30,445 nt of DNA from positions 1-30,445 of the forward strand of contig DATIHS010000016.1 of assembly GCA_035480475.1 (NCBI GenBank), written 5' to 3'. This document shows, in pieces, positions 26,238-30,445 of this stretch (the stretch's first letter is position 1; the number at the start of each line of letters is the position of its first letter). Position numbers and translations under genes: made by a program. Source of the DNA: Patescibacteria group bacterium (GTDB lineage Bacteria; Patescibacteriota; Saccharimonadia; Saccharimonadales; DATIHS01). The notes beneath the pieces were generated by a model. The model made no database searches. It worked only from the letters and a program-made list of their open reading frames with translations, and had not been told where the DNA came from.

Positions 26238-27134
26238 ATGGACACAATAAGTGATGTACTTATAGAACTTGGTCTAAGTCATCGAGAAGCTAGTACATAT
26301 CTGGCTTTATTAGAGTTGGATTTAACAAGTGTGAGTCAAATTTCAAGGCACACTGGGATTAACCGTAGTACTACATATGTGGTACTCAATTCATTAGAAA
26401 AAATGAATCTGGTTAAGGTAGCCGACGACAGAAAGGTCCGAAAATATATGGGGGTATCACCGGATATGCTGTTAGCAAATATGAAGAAAGTAACTGATTC
26501 ACAAGCAAAACGACAGACCGAGCTCGAAGAAATAATGCCTAAACTAAGGGCAATCTATAAAGACACGAGTCACAAACCACTGATTAAAATATATGAAGGT
26601 AAAAAAGGACTCTGGCAAACCTATACCGATGTATTTGAGTCGGGGGTAAAAGAATTCTGGGTCTGTGAAGACCTAACCAACATCTTAAAAATATTTCCTG
26701 AGTTTGTGGAATATGATGCAACGCAAAGGCTTATGAAAGGAATTAGTATCTGTTCAATTTCACCTGCAAAGAAAGCAGATATAAAACTTTGCTCGGGTGG
26801 TCCTTGTATAAATACAGAAGAGATCGCTTTTATACCGCCTGAAATGTTTACTTCTCCTGTGGATATAACCATCTATGGCGACCGAGTGGCGTTTGCATCG
26901 TCAAAAGATTTATTTGGAGTTACTATTGAACATCCGGAAATTGCCACTGCGTTGAAATCAATTTTCGATTTAGCATTTGCAGAAGCAAGGCAGCTTGATA
27001 GAAAATTAAATATCCCTTTAGAGCCTGTCGATCATTTCACGACTCCAGATGATAAAACAAAAATGCCCGCATTGTTAAAAGAACTGAAGAAGAGCTTTGA
27101 ACGAATTAATCAACGTCTTGAATCTGAGGGGTAA
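26238..27134 (+). CDS. TrmB family transcriptional regulator
   Basis: LIELGLSHREASTYLALL...ISRHTGINRSTTYVVLNSLEKMNLV HTH; IKIYEGKKG; DITIYGDRVAF; SD AGGAG before ATG 26238. Confidence 0.88.
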   Translation: MDTISDVLIELGLSHREASTYLALLELDLTSVSQISRHTGINRSTTYVVLNSLEKMNLVKVADDRKVRKYMGVSPDMLLANMKKVTDSQAKRQTELEEIMPKLRAIYKDTSHKPLIKIYEGKKGLWQTYTDVFESGVKEFWVCEDLTNILKIFPEFVEYDATQRLMKGISICSISPAKKADIKLCSGGPCINTEEIAFIPPEMFTSPVDITIYGDRVAFASSKDLFGVTIEHPEIATALKSIFDLAFAEARQLDRKLNIPLEPVDHFTTPDDKTKMPALLKELKKSFERINQRLESEG

Positions 27135-27180
27135 GCTGAAATCGCTTTTGTGGGAGCGGCAATAAGTATAAGATAGAGTC

Positions 27181-27579
27181 ATGGTAAAAATTGTCCTGGT
27201 TGAAGATGACAAAATGCTGGCGGAAATTTACCAGACGCGCCTGCAACTGGCTGGGCATGACTGTAAAGTGGCGAATGATGGTTTGAGCGGGTTGGCGCTG
27301 ATTAAGGAAGAGAAGCCTGATTTAGTCCTACTTGATCTGATGTTGCCCTACCTGTCTGGCGATGGTATTTTGCGTGAGATGCGCAAAAACGACTGGGGTA
27401 AACACACCAAAGCTATCTTTTTGACGAATATTAGTGAGTCTGAGGCACCGGAAGGCCTCGAGAAGCTCGGCTTTGAGCGCTACATTGTGAAGGCCAACCT
27501 GGTCAATAACGAATTAGCGGAAGTGGTGGACACTACGCTGGGCCAAAAGCCAGCTACAGATGCACCTGCGACCGCCTAG
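27181..27579 (+). CDS. Stand-alone response regulator receiver
   Basis: LVEDD, LLDLMLP (phospho-Asp), LTN, IVKA; no output domain. Confidence 0.93.
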   Translation: MVKIVLVEDDKMLAEIYQTRLQLAGHDCKVANDGLSGLALIKEEKPDLVLLDLMLPYLSGDGILREMRKNDWGKHTKAIFLTNISESEAPEGLEKLGFERYIVKANLVNNELAEVVDTTLGQKPATDAPATA

Positions 27580-27627
27580 GCAAGAAATAATTGTGCTCTT
27601 ATGAGACTTTTTAGTACACTTTAAACT

Positions 27628-27999
27628 ATGCCACGCGTTGCCATAGTTGAAGACGACCAAGCAATTTCCCAGATGTACCGGATCAAATTCGAGGCGGAAG
27701 GCTTTGAGGTTGAAACGGCCGAAAACGGCAAACTCGGTTTAGAGCTGGCCGAAAAGATGAAACCAGATATTATTTTGCTCGACCTCATGATGCCAGAGAT
27801 GACCGGTGATGCCATGCTGAAAGAGATGCGCAAGACCGACTGGGGTAAAGACATCAAGGTGATTATTTTGACCAACATGGGCGAACAAGAGGCACCCGCT
27901 GAGCTCAAGGAGTTGGGCGCCAAACGGTTTATTGTGAAGGCAGAAATGACCCCCCGCCAAGTGGCCGAGATGGTCAAAACCGAGCTGGACGCCAAGTAA
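27628..27999 (+). CDS. Stand-alone response regulator receiver (paralogue of the upstream gene)
   Basis: IVEDD, LLDLMMP, LTN, IVKA; shares EMRK.DWGK with 27181-27579. Confidence 0.93.
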   Translation: MPRVAIVEDDQAISQMYRIKFEAEGFEVETAENGKLGLELAEKMKPDIILLDLMMPEMTGDAMLKEMRKTDWGKDIKVIILTNMGEQEAPAELKELGAKRFIVKAEMTPRQVAEMVKTELDAK

Positions 28000-28009
28000 A
28001 CTTGTAATC

Positions 28010-29365
28010 ATGCAAGACCAGTTTAGTTTTAAGCAGTTCCGGGTGAGCGATGACCGGCGTGAGGTCTTTTTTGATTACGAATTGGGCCACAACAGTCAAA
28101 CCTACGGTTTGACCGAGTCCCTGCGGTTTCCGGTACCCCTGTTGGATACACCTGCGCAACAGCGCAGTTTGCGAGCGCTGCACATAGCCCTTGGCATTAG
28201 TTATTACAAGATATTTCTACCTGCGTCTATGGCACATCCTTATGCCATGGATGAACCAGAGGCCGATTTTTGGAATGATGTCTGGCAGCATGGTTTGGGG
28301 GAATTTTTATACGTCAATAAGGTTTCGAGTGACCGTCTGGCGCGCTTTAGCCAACAAGATGGGCAGACGTTTGAACCGCCAGCTGCGGATGCACAGGCCA
28401 GCGGTGCCCTGCTTGGCATTGGCGGGGGCAAAGATTCAATTGTGGCTGGTGAACTTTTGAAAGCCCTGGATGTGCCGTTTGACGGTTTTGTCATGGCCAC
28501 GGGAGAACAACTGGGGCAGACCGGCCAGGTGGCCGAGACGATGCAAGTACCACTACATGCCGTTGGACGACAGCTGGATAAACAGCTGCTGGAGCTACAA
28601 ACTGAGCCGGGTGCCATGCAAGGTCACGTACCTATTTCACTTATTTTCGGGTTGGTTGGCACCGCCTTGGCCGTAGCGCTGGCAAAACGCTATGTGGTGG
28701 TTGCCAACGAGGCCAGTGCAAGCATGCCCCAAGTTGATTGGAATGACGTGGCCGTAAACCACCAATGGAGCAAGTCCTTCGGTTTTGAGCGTTCGTTGCA
28801 GGCATCCATCCAAAAATATATTGCCCCGCAGGTTTGCTACTTCAGTGCCATTCGTCAATTGACATCTGTTGGAGTCGCTAAGATATTTAGCAATTACCCC
28901 GCTTACTTTGAGGTCTTTACCAGCGATAATTTTGTTTTTCGGATAGATCCTGCCAAGCGCCCGGCGGGTCGTTGGAGCTTAGAAAGCCCCAAAAGCCTGA
29001 GCAGCTACATCCTGTTGGCGCCTTGGCTAGACAATGAGTCTGTCCAACGGATCTTTGGCCTGGATTTCTTAAACCAGGCGAGTCTGAAACCCCTGTTTTT
29101 GTCGCTCATGGGTGTGGAAGGGGAACCACCGCTCGATTGCGTTGGGACTGTTCCCGAACTAGTGTTGTCGTTAAACTTGCTCGCCCAGGCTGACCGCTAC
29201 GGCAATACTGTGCTTATGCAATTAGCTAAGGAAAACTGTGTTATTGTGCAAAAAGACTGGCAGGCAGAGCTGGCGGCTATGCTCGAGTTGCAGCCCGAAC
29301 AAGCTTTGCCTTCTGAACTTCAAGACGGCGTCCTGCAATTTTTGCAAGCTAGGTTGGCCCAATGA
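28010..29365 (+). CDS. murL: UDP-MurNAc-L-Ala-L-Glu epimerase
   Basis: PP-loop-like GGGKDS, GHVPIS, NEASAS, VNHQWSKS..FE, DCVG; overlaps the downstream murD (ATGA). Confidence 0.8.
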   Translation: MQDQFSFKQFRVSDDRREVFFDYELGHNSQTYGLTESLRFPVPLLDTPAQQRSLRALHIALGISYYKIFLPASMAHPYAMDEPEADFWNDVWQHGLGEFLYVNKVSSDRLARFSQQDGQTFEPPAADAQASGALLGIGGGKDSIVAGELLKALDVPFDGFVMATGEQLGQTGQVAETMQVPLHAVGRQLDKQLLELQTEPGAMQGHVPISLIFGLVGTALAVALAKRYVVVANEASASMPQVDWNDVAVNHQWSKSFGFERSLQASIQKYIAPQVCYFSAIRQLTSVGVAKIFSNYPAYFEVFTSDNFVFRIDPAKRPAGRWSLESPKSLSSYILLAPWLDNESVQRIFGLDFLNQASLKPLFLSLMGVEGEPPLDCVGTVPELVLSLNLLAQADRYGNTVLMQLAKENCVIVQKDWQAELAAMLELQPEQALPSELQDGVLQFLQARLAQ

Positions 29366-30445
29366 AATTTGACCTCTCCGAATTTGCTGGCAAAGACGTC
29401 GTATTTGTAGGCGTCGGGCAAGGCCGCTCAGTGGCCGGTTTTCAGACTTATCTTGAACAACACGCCGACATAAAAAGTTTTGAACGTGTTGATAAAGAAG
29501 ATGGCGCCGAAGCTTTGGCGTTTCTGCGGGACTATGATCCAAGCCAAACTATTTTTGTTAAAAATGAGGCAATCCCCGGCCCAGAGATGCCAGTGCCCTA
29601 TATCACTCCTCTGCAATTATTCTTCCGATTAGCCCAGGATAATCAGCTCACAACTGTCGGTATTACGGGGACGAAAGGCAAAAGTACCACGGCTGCTCTC
29701 ACGGCGCACATCTTGGAAACAGCGGGCAAGTCGGTTGTGCTCGCCGGCAATATTGGTGTTTCACCGTTACCCGCTCTAAGCGAGGCAAGTCCTGAAACTA
29801 TTTTTGTGCTCGAGCTATCCAGTTACCAGTTGTCTGATTTGAAGACCAGTCCGCATATTTCCGCCTGCATCAACCTCTATAATGACCATGCACCTTGGCA
29901 TGGCTCACAGGAGGCCTACTGGGAAGCCAAGCACAATATTATGCGCTTTGCTGGCGCTGACGATGTTTTTATCTACAATCCTTCCTTCCCTACCATGCAA
30001 CAATGGGCAACGGAAGCAACTTGTCACACCGTTGCTATCGATCCGGCCGAACCGCTGGACCTTCGTGATGCCCAGTTATACGGTGACCATAATCGTCTGA
30101 ATGCCTTGGTGGCACGTGAGATAGCACGGCAGTTTAAGGTAGCTGATGATGTTTCACATAGCGCCCTTCGTTCGTTCCAACCCCTGGCACACCGTATGCA
30201 AACGATTGTGGTCAAAGACGGGCACACCTATATTGACGATGCTATCGGTATGACGCCAGAATCAACCTTGGCCAGTTTGAAGGCCGTTACGGAACACGTC
30301 GGCCCCATCGGATGCTTATTGCTTGGCGGGCAGGACCGCGATTATGACTTTAAAGAGTTATTGCAAAACGTTGCGGATTATAAAATTCCAGCGCTGGTAC
30401 TTTTCCCGAATACCCAAGCCAAAATGAAAGCCGCTTTACCGGCGG
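29362..30445 (+). CDS. murD: UDP-MurNAc-L-Ala:glutamate ligase (MurD/MurD2-type), 3'-truncated by the window end
   Basis: Not in the ORF track; open from ATG 29362 to the window end. ITGTKGKSTT, AGNIG, VLELSSYQL, NDH..WHG..EAY..AK, HRMQ, LLGG.DR. Confidence 0.9.
   Translation, partial: MKFDLSEFAGKDVVFVGVGQGRSVAGFQTYLEQHADIKSFERVDKEDGAEALAFLRDYDPSQTIFVKNEAIPGPEMPVPYITPLQLFFRLAQDNQLTTVGITGTKGKSTTAALTAHILETAGKSVVLAGNIGVSPLPALSEASPETIFVLELSSYQLSDLKTSPHISACINLYNDHAPWHGSQEAYWEAKHNIMRFAGADDVFIYNPSFPTMQQWATEATCHTVAIDPAEPLDLRDAQLYGDHNRLNALVAREIARQFKVADDVSHSALRSFQPLAHRMQTIVVKDGHTYIDDAIGMTPESTLASLKAVTEHVGPIGCLLLGGQDRDYDFKELLQNVADYKIPALVLFPNTQAKMKAALPA

Noticed and set aside
23015-27180. Direct repeats or IS ends bounding the AT-rich cassette
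   Set aside because: Only weak similarity between flanks (TGAAA..N.TTTG.GG) and no integrase or transposase; boundaries are inferred from composition only.

Overview
Bacterial chromosome segment in standard genetic code 11 (TGA is used as stop). Gene content and protein style suggest Candidatus Saccharibacteria/Patescibacteria; this is inference. The core backbone carries ssrA (tmRNA), marR plus a TetA-like MFS pump, rsmA/ksgA, an RpfB-like DUF348-G5-lytic transglycosylase, pcrA, tpiA-pgk-pyk, tRNA-Glu(UUC), two surface proteins (one with an LPNTG sortase signal), a soluble GAF histidine kinase, two stand-alone receivers, and murL-murD (truncated by the window end). Three accessory blocks interrupt it. 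(1) The right end of an element whose large serine recombinase reads in frame into the 3' CCA end of tmRNA. (2) A complete 3,942-bp element (13445-17393) inserted at the CCA end of tRNA-Glu and flanked by a 7-bp ATGGTGA repeat. Its crossover lies inside the serine recombinase gene, so excision is predicted to swap the enzyme's C-terminus from a 13-aa antisense-tRNA tail to a 34-aa tail parked at the far end of the element. (3) An AT-rich cassette (about 23.1-27.1 kb) with a methyltransferase strikingly like eukaryotic guanidinoacetate N-methyltransferase, a fold-III PLP decarboxylase homologue lacking the canonical His and Cys, an EamA exporter, a GreA C-terminal-only protein and a TrmB regulator. 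Both mobile elements carry hairpin-rich non-coding regions. All family calls rest on motif recognition by eye; no database searches were run.
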